Position numbers and translations under genes: made by a program. From Candidatus Zhuqueibacterota bacterium (GTDB lineage Bacteria > Zhuqueibacterota > Zhuqueibacteria > Thermofontimicrobiales > Sulfurfontimicrobiaceae), in NCBI GenBank assembly GCA_016927835.1, contig JAFGMA010000235.1, positions 20,580-84,579 on the forward strand: DNA of 64,000 nt. Reading direction: 5' to 3'. The notes beneath the pieces are model-generated. The model worked only from the letters and a program-made list of their open reading frames with translations, had not been told where the DNA came from and did not search any database. Numbering within the stretch: position 1 is the first letter of the stretch; the number at the start of each line of letters is the position of its first letter. Shown here one piece after another: positions 51,044 to 61,851 of the stretch.

Positions 51044-51553
51044 CTAATCGCTTTCGTGCAGCTTAACTCTGAATTTCAATCGCCCGAGCACAAGTTCGTC
51101 ATTATTATTGAGTGGAAATTTTTGCGCCTGACCGACTTTGATTCGGTTTACATAAGTGCCGTTGGTAGAATTCAGATCCTGTATAAAATATTGATTGGAT
51201 TGCAGCGTAATTTGCGCATGCATTCGGCTGACACCCTCAAGGTTTCCGCCGAAGGTTGAGGTATCAATATCGGGGAAAACATTCCCTTCGGCATCCTCTC
51301 TACCAATTGAAATACCGTTTTCATTCACTTCGACTGCAATCTCAATCCCGAATTGTTCGACAATTAGCGACATCGGAAGCGCGCCGGAAGCGATAGGATT
51401 CATCGGAACATAGTCTTTGGACAGCGGCGGTGGTGAAATTGGTTTAGGCGTTTCCTTCGAATACGTCAGAAACTGTTCCAATTCTTTTCCGCAATGAATA
51501 CAAATTTTGAAGTGTCTTTCATTTTTGGTATGACATGAAGGACAGATAATCAT
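51044..51553 (-). CDS. Zinc-ribbon + FHA domain protein
   Basis: CPSC..CIHC; IGR, GVSRMHA and DLNSTNGTYVN FHA motifs. Confidence 0.9.
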   Translation of the reverse strand: MIICPSCHTKNERHFKICIHCGKELEQFLTYSKETPKPISPPPLSKDYVPMNPIASGALPMSLIVEQFGIEIAVEVNENGISIGREDAEGNVFPDIDTSTFGGNLEGVSRMHAQITLQSNQYFIQDLNSTNGTYVNRIKVGQAQKFPLNNNDELVLGRLKFRVKLHESD

Positions 51554-51612
51554 GTATTCCTCCTGAAAGAGCTAAGAAAGGTAAAACGGTCATTTAGCCA
51601 TAAGCAACAGAA

Positions 51613-52617
51613 TCATAAAAACTTGATAACGATTGCGCTGATGTTATCTTCACCGCCGGCGATATTCGCTTGAATTATGAGCTTTTCGCATGCAGTTTGC
51701 GGATCGGGATTATTCCTTATTATATCCTCGATTTGCCTGTCGCGAATCATCTGCCACAAGCCATCGGAACAGATGAGCAAAGCGTCACCCTTCACCAATT
51801 CCTGTGTATATAAATACGGGTGTTTCTCCTGAATTGCCATTTCTTCAAGATTCTGTTTCAATCCGGCTTCGCCCAAAGCGCGCAAAATCTGGCTGCGCTG
51901 CGGATGTTCATAAATTTCATCGAATTGCAAATGCCCCATCAGGTAAAGCCGGAAAACCAGCGAATGATCCTGCGTGATGAGTTCCAATCCTTTTTTCGGA
52001 TTAAACAGGTACGCACGGCTATCGCCGACATTCATGATATAGGCATTTCTGTTATGAATCAATGCAGCGGTGAGGGTCGCCCCCAGTTCTTTTTTTGCCT
52101 GCTGCCCATAGTAACAAATTGAATCGTTCGCCTGATAAACAGCGTTTTCCATCAATTGCTGGAAATCTTCATGAGAGGCGCTGTTATTCGTGCCCAACCA
52201 GCCTGATTGAAGGAGTCCGCGGCTGATTTCATTGGTGATCGAGGTGGCAGCTATCTTGCTTGCGGTTTCTCCTTCGTCCATTCCGCCCATCCCGTCGGCG
52301 ACCAGATAGAGCCCAACCGGATAAAGAACCGATTTGAAAATATATGTAAATTCGAAAGCAGCAATGCTGTCTTCATTGGTCGCGCGGACTTTTCCCCGAT
52401 GCGTCGCTTTACCTATCTGGTGTCTGATGCCACGATCGAGCACAGAATTCAAACCCGCCGCGGCAGAGAACCGTTTCGTTTCCTGAACGCGTTTGCGTTT
52501 TTCAGAATTCCTGTTGTCGTCTGATGGTTGATTCAAAGTGGGATTTGCTTCGCTCTGAGATTTAAGTTCATTTGATCTGGAATTCCGATCGAAAAATTTT
52601 GAAATTGATTTTCTCAT
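51613..52617 (-). CDS. PP2C/PrpC-type Ser/Thr protein phosphatase
   Basis: RATNEDS, VADGMGG, VGDSRAY, TQDHS, CSDGLW, GGEDNIS. Confidence 0.92.
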   Translation of the reverse strand: MRKSISKFFDRNSRSNELKSQSEANPTLNQPSDDNRNSEKRKRVQETKRFSAAAGLNSVLDRGIRHQIGKATHRGKVRATNEDSIAAFEFTYIFKSVLYPVGLYLVADGMGGMDEGETASKIAATSITNEISRGLLQSGWLGTNNSASHEDFQQLMENAVYQANDSICYYGQQAKKELGATLTAALIHNRNAYIMNVGDSRAYLFNPKKGLELITQDHSLVFRLYLMGHLQFDEIYEHPQRSQILRALGEAGLKQNLEEMAIQEKHPYLYTQELVKGDALLICSDGLWQMIRDRQIEDIIRNNPDPQTACEKLIIQANIAGGEDNISAIVIKFL

Positions 52618-52730
52618 TTGAAGCGTTTCAAATTCTGATGTTTACAGTTGATGCGCAGAGGATTGTCCATTAAGTTGATAATTGCTGCCCATCGACTCAG
52701 GTTGCAGTTTTCAGCGAGCCGATTTTACGC

Positions 52731-53327
52731 TCAGCGTGAGATCTCTTTGAGATTTTCTTTCATCGCAACGAACGCCTGGTAAGTCTGATTAATAAATGGG
52801 TGTTTAGGCTCAATTGAAAGCGCTTTCCTGAGCCAGGTTTCAGCCTTTTTTAAGTCTCTGTGAATGGTGAACATAAAACTGGCAGCCATATCATTGTAGA
52901 TAAGACTGTTCTTTGGATTGATTCGCATCGCCTTTTTCAGGAATCGCCGGCCATCTTCGAGATGTCCCGCCATGCAATGAATCCAACCTAGATGTCGAAT
53001 GATTTCATCGTCGTTGGGATTCATTTCATCCGCAATTACCAGTTCTTCGATGGCATCTTCAAAGCGCAAAATCCGACCATAGGCATTTCCCAATAAAAAA
53101 TGCGTTCGGTAATTATCCTGATTCAATTCCAATGCGATTTCCAGTGGTCGAATTGCGCGTTTCGGATCATTATTCATCAAATGGATTTCACCAATCAACA
53201 CGAAAATGATATCATATTCGCATTCGCGTTTCGAAACACTGTACAGCAAATCAATAGAATCCTCAAATTTTCCGGATTGTGCCAGAGCAAGGGCTTGTTT
53301 AACAGTGGTCTGAGTCGCATCATCCAT
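52731..53327 (-). CDS. TPR repeat protein
   Basis: TPR helices (HFLLGNAY, IRHLGWI, IYNDMA). ATG 53327 with GGAG upstream; alternative start GTG 53342. Confidence 0.8.
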   Translation of the reverse strand: MDDATQTTVKQALALAQSGKFEDSIDLLYSVSKRECEYDIIFVLIGEIHLMNNDPKRAIRPLEIALELNQDNYRTHFLLGNAYGRILRFEDAIEELVIADEMNPNDDEIIRHLGWIHCMAGHLEDGRRFLKKAMRINPKNSLIYNDMAASFMFTIHRDLKKAETWLRKALSIEPKHPFINQTYQAFVAMKENLKEISR

Positions 53328-54045
53328 TCTTGGGCGCTCCACTTACTGAATTCATTCTAAGATCGGATAAATATAATAAAAAAAATATAAAAGTCAAAGA
53401 ATAAAAATACATACGCAATATATCAGCCTGTTATCTCAGGATTCATAAAAAAGTTAATTTGAAGTTAATTTTATGTATTATAGTCAGATAGCCCTACATA
53501 TTAATTTTTTGAAATAGGATAACGGCTGTTACGTGAATTTGAGAACGGATTTGGCAGGCTTTCAATGACATGATCCAGCACAAACGGCAGCGACGAAGAT
53601 TCAGGCTGATGCGAATAACAAGCACATTTATTGCGCCGCCGAAAACAGGTTTGATTTTTCAGGCATAAAATCTATTTCCCCATGCCGAAGTTTATTCTAT
53701 GAATTCCTGATCTTTAAAAGACATCGGATCGCGGGTTGCTTCTTATCCCGATGTGTTGGCTGCTCGTTGCCGGTGAAAGCGGCTGCCGTCGGCTTATACG
53801 TTCCAAAATTGCAATTAAACCCGGATCTAAATCTTTCGAGGCTGCCATTTCACTACCAGAAATCAGGCTATTCGAAGAGGATGGCTCTTTCAAAATTCAG
53901 GAGGCAAATCAGCGTCTGTCACGGTTCAGGCATTCCGGTCATGGTCGAAAGTTTCGAGAGGGGTGCGCCTTCGGGCAAAGGCAAGGCGACGTGGCGCTTT
54001 TCGATTGTCAATTCCTCCCGTATAAAAAGGTGTTTCTGACACGCG

Positions 54046-54423
54046 CTAGCCAATTTGAGCCTGGTAATCATCCGCCGAAAGCAATGATTCCAGTTCTTTT
54101 TTATTTGATAATTTAATTTTAATCATCCAGCCTTCGCCGTATGGATCTTCATTGATTATTTCCGGGCGCTCTTCAAGGAGCGTATTCACCTCCACGACTT
54201 CGCCACTGAGCGGCGAATAAAGATCCGAAACAGCTTTGACGGCTTCAATCGTGCCAAATGCTTCCATCTGAGCGGTTGTTGTACCAACTTCCGGCAATTC
54301 AACAAAAACAATATCGCCCAACTCACCTTGCGCATAATCGGTGATGCCCACGGTGGCGATGTCATCTTCGGTTCGAACCCATTCATGCTCTTCAGTATAC
54401 AGCAGGTTTTTATCAACAGCCAT
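54046..54423 (-). CDS. gcvH: Glycine cleavage system H protein
   Basis: YTEEHEW, GITDYAQ..LGD, lipoyl motif EAVKA, NEDPYGEGW. Confidence 0.97.
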   Translation of the reverse strand: MAVDKNLLYTEEHEWVRTEDDIATVGITDYAQGELGDIVFVELPEVGTTTAQMEAFGTIEAVKAVSDLYSPLSGEVVEVNTLLEERPEIINEDPYGEGWMIKIKLSNKKELESLLSADDYQAQIG

Positions 54424-54472
54424 GGCGATTATTCTCCTCTTATTTTGGTGTTATTCAAAATAAAGTTAAAGA

Positions 54473-55816
54473 TTATGAAAATTTAAATTCTTCCACAAAT
54501 TTTGTATTGAAATTTCCGCTTCGAAAGCGCGCATCTTTGAGTACCTTCTGGTGAAAGGGAATCGTGGTGCTGACGCCTTCGATAACAAATTCCTCCAGGA
54601 CGCGCTCCATGCGACCAATGGCTTCTTCGCGCGTTTTACCATGGGCAATTACCTTAGCCAGCAGCGAATCATAATAGGGTGGAACAATATACTTGGCATA
54701 AATGTGCGAATCGGTGCGTACACCTGGTCCACCCGGAACATGCAATCCTGTGATTTGACCGGGGCAGGGACGAAAGCCTTTGTACGGATCCTCGGCATTA
54801 ATACGGCATTCAATCGCATGACCGCGCATTTTCAGGTTCCCTGTAACTTCATCCAACGGCTCGCCGGCAGCCAGCCGAATTTGTTTCTTCACCAGATCGA
54901 TATCAAAAACCATTTCGGTAACCGGGTGCTCGACCTGAATTCGCGTATTCATTTCCATGAAATAAAAATGCCCGGTATCATCGAGTAAAAATTCAATCGT
55001 GCCGGCGCTGCGATAGTTGACTTGTTGGGCGCCTCGGATAGCGACATCGCTCATTTGCTCTCGCAAAGCGTCATCGACTGCCGGCGAAGGCGATTCCTCT
55101 ATCAGCTTCTGATGTTTGCGCTGAATCGAGCAATCCCGCTCGCCGAGAGCTATAATGTTCCCGTAATCATCGCCCAACAATTGAATTTCCACATGACGCG
55201 GATTTTCAATTAATTTTTCCATGTAAATATCAGGATTGCCGAACGCTGCATTGGCTTCAGTTTGCGCCATTTTGAACGCTGTGTCAAATTCCTTGTCAAT
55301 CCGGACAATTCGCATACCCTTGCCCCCGCCGCCGGCAGTGGCTTTTAGTATGATGGGATAGCCAATTTCAGCAGCGATTCCTTTTGCGTCAGCCAGGTTT
55401 TTGATGATTCCCTCACTTCCGGGAACTACCGGGACACCCGCTGCTTGCATCGCTTTTTTTGCAAAAGCTTTGTCGCCCATATTGGTGATCATCTCCGGCG
55501 TGGGACCGATGAAGTGGATATGACACGACTGGCAAATCTCCGCAAAATGCGCATTCTCAGCTAAAAAACCATATCCCGGGTGTATTGCGTCGGAATTGGT
55601 TACGGTGGCTGCGCTGATGAGCATCGGTACATTCATATAGCTCTGGTAGGAGGGAGCCGGACCAATGCAAACGCTTTCATCGGCAAAATTCACGTGCAGC
55701 GAATCGGCATCAGCCTCGGAATAAACGGCGACGGCGGCGATACCCAATTCTTTGCATGCGCGAATAATGCGAAGCGCAATTTCACCTCTATTGGCAATCA
55801 GAATTTTTTTAAACAA
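54473..55816 (-). CDS. accC: Acetyl-CoA carboxylase biotin carboxylase subunit
   Basis: [45 protein letters not shown]. Start refined to TTG 55816. Confidence 0.96.
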   Translation of the reverse strand: MFKKILIANRGEIALRIIRACKELGIAAVAVYSEADADSLHVNFADESVCIGPAPSYQSYMNVPMLISAATVTNSDAIHPGYGFLAENAHFAEICQSCHIHFIGPTPEMITNMGDKAFAKKAMQAAGVPVVPGSEGIIKNLADAKGIAAEIGYPIILKATAGGGGKGMRIVRIDKEFDTAFKMAQTEANAAFGNPDIYMEKLIENPRHVEIQLLGDDYGNIIALGERDCSIQRKHQKLIEESPSPAVDDALREQMSDVAIRGAQQVNYRSAGTIEFLLDDTGHFYFMEMNTRIQVEHPVTEMVFDIDLVKKQIRLAAGEPLDEVTGNLKMRGHAIECRINAEDPYKGFRPCPGQITGLHVPGGPGVRTDSHIYAKYIVPPYYDSLLAKVIAHGKTREEAIGRMERVLEEFVIEGVSTTIPFHQKVLKDARFRSGNFNTKFVEEFKFS

Positions 55817-56155
55817 CAGCAGAACCTCGTTTGTAAAATGCTCTCTTTTCGCTTCAGGCTTACGCCAAATGATCGGGACATGGCTTGCTGGATGACATGA
55901 AAAATTGGAGATTGAGTGATGCCCCCTCAATCGTGCTTGAATCAAAGCCTGCGTTTTATGATTTGATGGCGCCATGCGCTGCTCAGTCCGACGGACATCG
56001 CATCAAGATTTGCGCAAAATGTGTTAGCAGATACTTCTTCACCCGAGACCGTCTTCGAATGGCATCGCCGGATTCTTCGTCAAGCCGGTAGATTCGAACC
56101 GTCAGCGCCAATAATCGCCTCAGGATCAGTCTGCTTGATGAATAGAATGGCGCGT

Positions 56156-56680
56156 TCAGGCTTTCTCGACCTGAAACAGAACCTGGTTATATTCGACCGG
56201 CTTCGCGTTTTCGACGAGAATTTTGACAATCCGACCATTTATTTCCGATTCAATTTCATTCATCAATTTCATCGCTTCGATGATACACAGGGGTTGTCCC
56301 GGAGATATGATATCCCCAACTTCGATGTAAGGTTCGGAGTCGGGAGATGGCGCGCGATAAAACGTGCCAACCATTGGGGATTTAATTTCAAATGTTTCCG
56401 CGCCTTGCTTGTGATCGGTCACTGGCGCAATCGCCGGCGCCTTTGCCGGTACTTCACTGGCGCTTTCAGCCGGTGTAACGACAGGCGCTGCTTCGGGCAG
56501 GCGATTATTCGAAACGGACGGCAGTTGCGGCGGTGTCGCTGCTGGCGGGGGATTCACCTGGATTCCCGGCGCAGGCGTTTTTGAAATTCTCACCTTTCGA
56601 CCCCAAAGTGAAATCTCAAGTTCGCCAATATTGCTTTTTTCCACAAGTTCGATAAGTCGCTGCAATTCTTTCTCATTCAT
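56156..56680 (-). CDS. accB: Biotin carboxyl carrier protein
   Basis: [18 protein letters not shown], Pro/Ala linker; AGGAG RBS before ATG 56680. Confidence 0.96.
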   Translation of the reverse strand: MNEKELQRLIELVEKSNIGELEISLWGRKVRISKTPAPGIQVNPPPAATPPQLPSVSNNRLPEAAPVVTPAESASEVPAKAPAIAPVTDHKQGAETFEIKSPMVGTFYRAPSPDSEPYIEVGDIISPGQPLCIIEAMKLMNEIESEINGRIVKILVENAKPVEYNQVLFQVEKA

Positions 56681-56814
56681 TCCCTTGCCACTCCTCTTTG
56701 TTGGGCATGAGTATCGTTGACTGAACTGCCACGGCACACATATTTCGGCTGTCAGGCAAACACCAGGATTTGACGCCCATCGAGCACCGTACCACCTCGC
56801 TTAAAATTTCGTGA

Positions 56815-56843
56815 AATCTAATAAAAAAAATCAAAATAGTCAA
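56815..56843 (-). promoter_or_regulatory. Putative promoter TTGACT-17-TAGATT for accB
   Basis: Reverse complement of 56815-56843. Confidence 0.5.
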
Positions 56844-56913
56844 TAGTTAATTGTATTAAATCCGGCTGCTGCTGTCCGGGGCACTGTTCAAGCCAGAAAA
56901 GCATACTTATCGG

Positions 56914-58356
56914 CTAAAAGGTGTCAAGTTTTCGTTTGAGAATGTCTTCGACGATTTTAGGATTGGCTTTACCGCGGCTGGCTTTCATCACCTGCCCCAT
57001 GAAAAAGCCGAAAAGTTTAGTTTTGCCTGCCCTATATTTTTTCAGCTCCGCCGGATTCGTTTCCAGTATATCACAAATCAGGGCTTCGATATGTGCATTA
57101 TCCGATACCTGGCTCAATCCCGATTCCTGAACAATTGCAGCCGCCGGTTGACCGGAATCAACCATTTTTTCGAAAACGGTTTTCGCAATGCTTTCGTTTA
57201 TAGTGTTATTTATTATCAATTCAACAAGTTGGGCGAAATTTTTCGGTTGGACAGGCATACGGTTGAAATCTATTTTTTTCTCATTCAAAACTCGTAACAT
57301 CGCACCCAGCATCAAATTGCTGACCAGCTTTGCATTCGATATGTGCGTCAGGCACTCTTCAAAGAAATCGGCAAAGGTTTTCGATCCGGTCAGCACATCG
57401 GCAGCGTAATCGGGCAAATTATATTGATTGATCAATCGCGCTTTGCGTGCTGACGGCAATTCGGGCATACGCGCTTTGATGCGGTCGATCCAATTCTGAT
57501 CGACATCGATTGGCACCAAATCTGGATCCGGAAAATACCGATAGTCATGCGCCAGTTCCTTGGAACGCATGGGCGCAGCGATGCCATTCGCTGCATCCCA
57601 CAGCAAGGTTTGCTTCTGCACGTTTCCGCCTGCGGCAACAATTTTTTTCTGCCTGTTAATTTCGAATTCGAGCGCCTTTTCGATGCCATGAAATGAATTC
57701 ATATTTTTCAATTCAGTGGATACGCCCAGTTTTTTTGTACCGACAGGTTTGATGGAAACATTGGCATCGCAGCGCAAACTGCCTTCTTCCAGATTTCCGT
57801 CGCAAATTTCCAGGTACTGGAGAATCTGTCGCAAATGGCTCAGGTACAAATAGGCTTCACGCGGGGAAGAAATATCGGGTTCACTGACGATCTCCACCAG
57901 GGGCACGCCGCACCGATTCAAATCGATCAAGGTTTCATTGGCATCAACATATTCCTCGGCATGGATCGATTTGCCGGCATCTTCTTCCAGATGGATTCGG
58001 TTAAGGCGGATTTTTTTCATCTGATCGTCGATTTTAATTTCGACAAAACCATTTTTGCACAGCGGTTCTTCATATTGGGAAATCTGGTAGCCTTTGGGCA
58101 GGTCGGGATAAAAATAATTCTTACGCGCCATGATCGAACGCGCTGAGATTTCACAATTGGTAGCGATACCCATCTTGATAGCAAAATCAACGGCTTTGGC
58201 ATTCATCACCGGCAATACACCGGGCATGCCCATGCAAATCGGACAGACTTGCTGATTTTGCTCCCCACCAAACCGGGCGCTGCATTTGCAAAAGGCTTTC
58301 GAATCTGTCAGCAATTGCGCATGCACTTCAAGCCCGATGACTGCCTCATAATCCAT
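56914..58356 (-). CDS. gatB: Asp/Glu-tRNA amidotransferase subunit B
   Basis: IGLEVHAQL, RKNYFYPDLPKGYQISQ, HLEEDAGK, YRYFPDPDL. Confidence 0.98.
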   Translation of the reverse strand: MDYEAVIGLEVHAQLLTDSKAFCKCSARFGGEQNQQVCPICMGMPGVLPVMNAKAVDFAIKMGIATNCEISARSIMARKNYFYPDLPKGYQISQYEEPLCKNGFVEIKIDDQMKKIRLNRIHLEEDAGKSIHAEEYVDANETLIDLNRCGVPLVEIVSEPDISSPREAYLYLSHLRQILQYLEICDGNLEEGSLRCDANVSIKPVGTKKLGVSTELKNMNSFHGIEKALEFEINRQKKIVAAGGNVQKQTLLWDAANGIAAPMRSKELAHDYRYFPDPDLVPIDVDQNWIDRIKARMPELPSARKARLINQYNLPDYAADVLTGSKTFADFFEECLTHISNAKLVSNLMLGAMLRVLNEKKIDFNRMPVQPKNFAQLVELIINNTINESIAKTVFEKMVDSGQPAAAIVQESGLSQVSDNAHIEALICDILETNPAELKKYRAGKTKLFGFFMGQVMKASRGKANPKIVEDILKRKLDTF

Positions 58357-58389
58357 ATAATCATCCCGTGATAGAATTGCTGAAAATGG

Positions 58390-59871
58390 TCAATTCGAAT
58401 CACTCATCTTCGCGCTGCTTTCCTGCTCAAGAAAATAGCCCACATGAAATAGAGTGGCTTCGTTATATGCTTTGGCAATGACTTGGGCGCCGATGGGCAA
58501 TTTATTGGAATCGTAACCCACAGGAATCGATATCGCCGGAACGCCAGCGAGATTGATCGAAACGGTAAAAATATCGGAGAGGTACATCGTTAGCGGATCA
58601 TCGAGCTTCTCCCCCAGCCCGAAAGCCGTCGTTGGAGCAGTGGGTGCAATCAGGACATCGAATTTTTCGAAAGCGCGATCAAAATCCTGCTTGATCAATG
58701 TTCGCACTTTCTGGGCTTTACGGTAATAGGCATCATAATACCCGGCGGAGAGCACATACGTCCCCAGCATGATCCGGCGCTTGACCTCTTCGCCGAATCC
58801 CTGACTGCGCGTTTTCACGTACATCGATTCGAGATCATCGGCGTCCCCGGCTCGATATCCAAATCGCGTTCCGTCGTATCGCGCAAGATTCGAAGAAGCT
58901 TCAGCGGTCGCAATAATATAATAGGTCGCAATGGCATATTTTGAATGGGGCAGCGATGTTTGCTCGATGCTTGCACCACCCTGTCTCAGGGAATCGATAG
59001 TGCGCTCGATTGCCGCCGACACCTCGAGTTGAACGCTTTCCGAGATATACTCCCGCGGAACTCCGACTTTCAATCCGCTGACACCATTTTTCATTCCGCT
59101 GGAATAGTCGGGTACGGGCAGAGAGGCGGATGTGGAATCTCGCCGATCATGCCCGGCGATCACCTGCAATAGCATTGCTGCATCGGGAACGGAGCGCGTA
59201 ATCGGACCGATTTGATCGAGCGAGGAGGCGTAGGCAACCAGTCCGAACCGCGAAACGCGACCATAAGTTGGCTTTAGTCCGACTACACCGCAAAATGATG
59301 CTGGTTGACGGATTGAGCCCCCGGTATCGGTTCCCAGGCTGGCGGTACACTGTCCATCGGCAACCGCCACAGCGGATCCACCCGACGATCCTCCCGGCAC
59401 GCGCGCCATATCGTGAGGATTCAATGCGGCGCCGAAATGAGAATTTTCAGTCGATGATCCCATCCCGAATTCATCCATGTTGGTTTTTCCGATGAGTATC
59501 GCATCCTCAGCGAGTAATCGTTTGATTACGAAGGCATCGTATGGGGGGATGAAGTTGGACAAAATTTTGGAGCCGCATGTGGTACGTTCGTTTTTGATGC
59601 AGATAAGGTCTTTGATGGCAATGACCAATCCCGCGAGTTTTCCGGCATCGCCCGTTTTAATTTTCAGATCGATTGCCGCAGCCGCCTGCCTTGCGCGATC
59701 ATCAAAAACCGATATAAATGCATTGAGTCGTTGATGCTGGCGGATGCGTTTCAGATAGGAATCAACCAACGTAACGCAATCAACCGTTTTATTATCAAGA
59801 AGTGGGCGAAGCTGTTGAAAATCCGCTGTTTCAAATGCCAAAGTCATTCCTTTCGTTTGCAATGGCATCAT
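58390..59871 (-). CDS. gatA: Asp/Glu-tRNA amidotransferase subunit A
   Basis: [58 protein letters not shown]. Confidence 0.97.
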   Translation of the reverse strand: MMPLQTKGMTLAFETADFQQLRPLLDNKTVDCVTLVDSYLKRIRQHQRLNAFISVFDDRARQAAAAIDLKIKTGDAGKLAGLVIAIKDLICIKNERTTCGSKILSNFIPPYDAFVIKRLLAEDAILIGKTNMDEFGMGSSTENSHFGAALNPHDMARVPGGSSGGSAVAVADGQCTASLGTDTGGSIRQPASFCGVVGLKPTYGRVSRFGLVAYASSLDQIGPITRSVPDAAMLLQVIAGHDRRDSTSASLPVPDYSSGMKNGVSGLKVGVPREYISESVQLEVSAAIERTIDSLRQGGASIEQTSLPHSKYAIATYYIIATAEASSNLARYDGTRFGYRAGDADDLESMYVKTRSQGFGEEVKRRIMLGTYVLSAGYYDAYYRKAQKVRTLIKQDFDRAFEKFDVLIAPTAPTTAFGLGEKLDDPLTMYLSDIFTVSINLAGVPAISIPVGYDSNKLPIGAQVIAKAYNEATLFHVGYFLEQESSAKMSDSN

Positions 59872-60074
59872 GCCGAATGTTTTTCGCTTTTTTCATCATA
59901 GCTATTCGCTTTTTTATCATCATCCTCTGTTTCGGTTGTTGCCTTTTTGAATTCTTTAATGCCCTTACCCAACCCTTGTGCCAATTCTGGCAGTTTTTTC
60001 GCACCAAACAGGAGCAGAATAACGAAGACGATAACCACTAATTCCCAACCACCAGGCATGAATAGTAAACACAT
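59868..60074 (-). CDS. tatA: Twin-arginine translocase TatA/E subunit
   Basis: [26 protein letters not shown]. Confidence 0.93.
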   Translation of the reverse strand: MCLLFMPGGWELVVIVFVILLLFGAKKLPELAQGLGKGIKEFKKATTETEDDDKKANSYDEKSEKHSA

Positions 60075-60141
60075 AGTAAATTCTCCTTTTGCAATCTCAT
60101 GACAGAGTTAGCACTCTCGCGTGCTTGGACTTCTTTGGACG

Positions 60142-60327
60142 CTAACCCTTTAAATCTTTGTCGATGTTTTTTAAATCCAGGTCATCTTTCAATTCATTGG
60201 CAGCTTTTTTAAATTCATTAATGCCTTTTGCGATGCCACGAGCAATTTCAGGCAATCGCTTGGAACCGAACATAATCAAAATGAAAAGGAAAATGACCAG
60301 AATTTCCCACGTTCCCATGCCAAACAT
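60142..60327 (-). CDS. tatA: Twin-arginine translocase TatA/B-type subunit
   Basis: MFGMGTWE...MFGSKRLPEIARGIAKGINEFKKA. Confidence 0.88.
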   Translation of the reverse strand: MFGMGTWEILVIFLFILIMFGSKRLPEIARGIAKGINEFKKAANELKDDLDLKNIDKDLKG

Positions 60328-60631
60328 TTTTCACACCTCTAAGTTTTTTTTGCTTTATTACCTGTACTGCAAATTTCGGTTTTCTTCGGAAAGCCGCGGC
60401 TTGATGCAACGGCACCGATTTTTTTTGTCCGTTCGTCTTGCCATATAATTAGCTTGCTCCGAAATGCAGGCTACAAATGACGTGTTTGACTGAGTCGACT
60501 GTATTTCGATTTTCGCAAGGTAACATTTGCGCTCGTTGGACTGCAGATTCCCTAAATCCGGAAATTTTCAATAACATCATAAGCCTGCATTCGAATTCGA
60601 AATGCAGGTTACTTATTTTGACCCATTCATG

Positions 60632-60898
60632 TTACAGGTAATACTTCAATAAATATGCAGCGATCGCAACACCCAAAATACCCACCACATTCAATTCGAA
60701 CGTGAATCCAAATGTAAGCGTCATCAAACCCGCATTAATCGTAATTGGCTCGACGCCCCAGGTGGCTGCCTGGACGAAGAACTTTTCGACAACGCTGCCA
60801 TCCGGCAGTATCCATGCGATGATTTTTCCCAAAGCGCTTCCGATAATCAAACCGAGAAAAAGTATAAAAATCACATATTTCATTGTTTTTTTTTTCAT
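60632..60898 (-). CDS. Small membrane protein (DUF4321-like)
   Basis: GLIIGSALG...LTFGFTFELNVVGILG pattern. Confidence 0.65.
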   Translation of the reverse strand: MKKKTMKYVIFILFLGLIIGSALGKIIAWILPDGSVVEKFFVQAATWGVEPITINAGLMTLTFGFTFELNVVGILGVAIAAYLLKYYL

Positions 60899-61095
60899 CC
60901 TGAAACCTGCTCTGGTATTTACACCGAGGATTAATCGATTATTTTCCTTAGTTGCACAGATTGGGGTTTTGAAGCTGAAAACCGGAATCGAATGAATATC
61001 GCTGACTTTCTCTTCGAAATTGCAATTTTACACTATTCAGCTTTTTACCCCGAAATACGCTTCGATTGTATTTCATCGCTGCAAATTCCGAATAC

Positions 61096-61851
61096 TCACT
61101 CTTCGTTCGCTTCCAGCAGCTCTTGAGAATTTTTCGACAGGCAGATGAGCCAACGAACAATGCCATACAGAATATAAACCATAATCAATGGAAACAGGAC
61201 AAATTCCCTGAAAATAGAAATCGCGGTGAGTGACAGCAACAGAAAAATTAATTTGACAACATTACCTGTGCCACGCCTCAATGAAAATTTCGGCAGCGTA
61301 TCGTAGCCGATCGTACTGACCATTAAAAAACTCACCGTGATGACCAATGGGATAAAAGCTTTTGAATAAATGGCGTCTGGATTCTTGAACTCAAGCGTGA
61401 AGACGACGAAACTTGCCAAACAAACAGCAGACGCCGGTATCGGCATGCCAACAAAATCGCTTTTCTCAAAGCCGGAAATCTGGATATTAAATCTCGCCAG
61501 GCGGATTCCGCCGAAGAGGAGCGGTAGAAAGCTGATCAGCTTGCCGATATCACCGTACGAATGAAAATATACATTGTAAATAAGTACAGCCGGGGCAACG
61601 CCAAACGAAACTATATCAGCCAATGAATCGAACTCGATTCCAAACTCGCTATATGATTTCGTAATGCGGGCAATTTTTCCGTCAAGCGTATCGAACACCG
61701 CTGCAAGAACAATCAGCCAGGCTGCTCGTACGAAGTTCGGATCTTCACGGGCAATATAGGTTATTGCCAGAAAACCGCACAAAATATTCAGAGCTGTGAA
61801 TACATTCGGAAGTATGGCTTTTCTATTCTGCCTTTGATTTCGTTTCGCCAT
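61096..61851 (-). CDS. pssA: CDP-diacylglycerol--serine O-phosphatidyltransferase
   Basis: LPN.FT..N, DTLDGKIAR, FDSLADIVSFGVAP, RLARFN. Confidence 0.93.
   Translation of the reverse strand: MAKRNQRQNRKAILPNVFTALNILCGFLAITYIAREDPNFVRAAWLIVLAAVFDTLDGKIARITKSYSEFGIEFDSLADIVSFGVAPAVLIYNVYFHSYGDIGKLISFLPLLFGGIRLARFNIQISGFEKSDFVGMPIPASAVCLASFVVFTLEFKNPDAIYSKAFIPLVITVSFLMVSTIGYDTLPKFSLRRGTGNVVKLIFLLLSLTAISIFREFVLFPLIMVYILYGIVRWLICLSKNSQELLEANEE

Noticed and set aside
53736-54116. 126-aa and 90-aa plus-strand ORFs in the gcvH downstream gap
   Set aside because: TTG starts without a clear RBS and no motifs; the longer one overlaps the gcvH 3' end.
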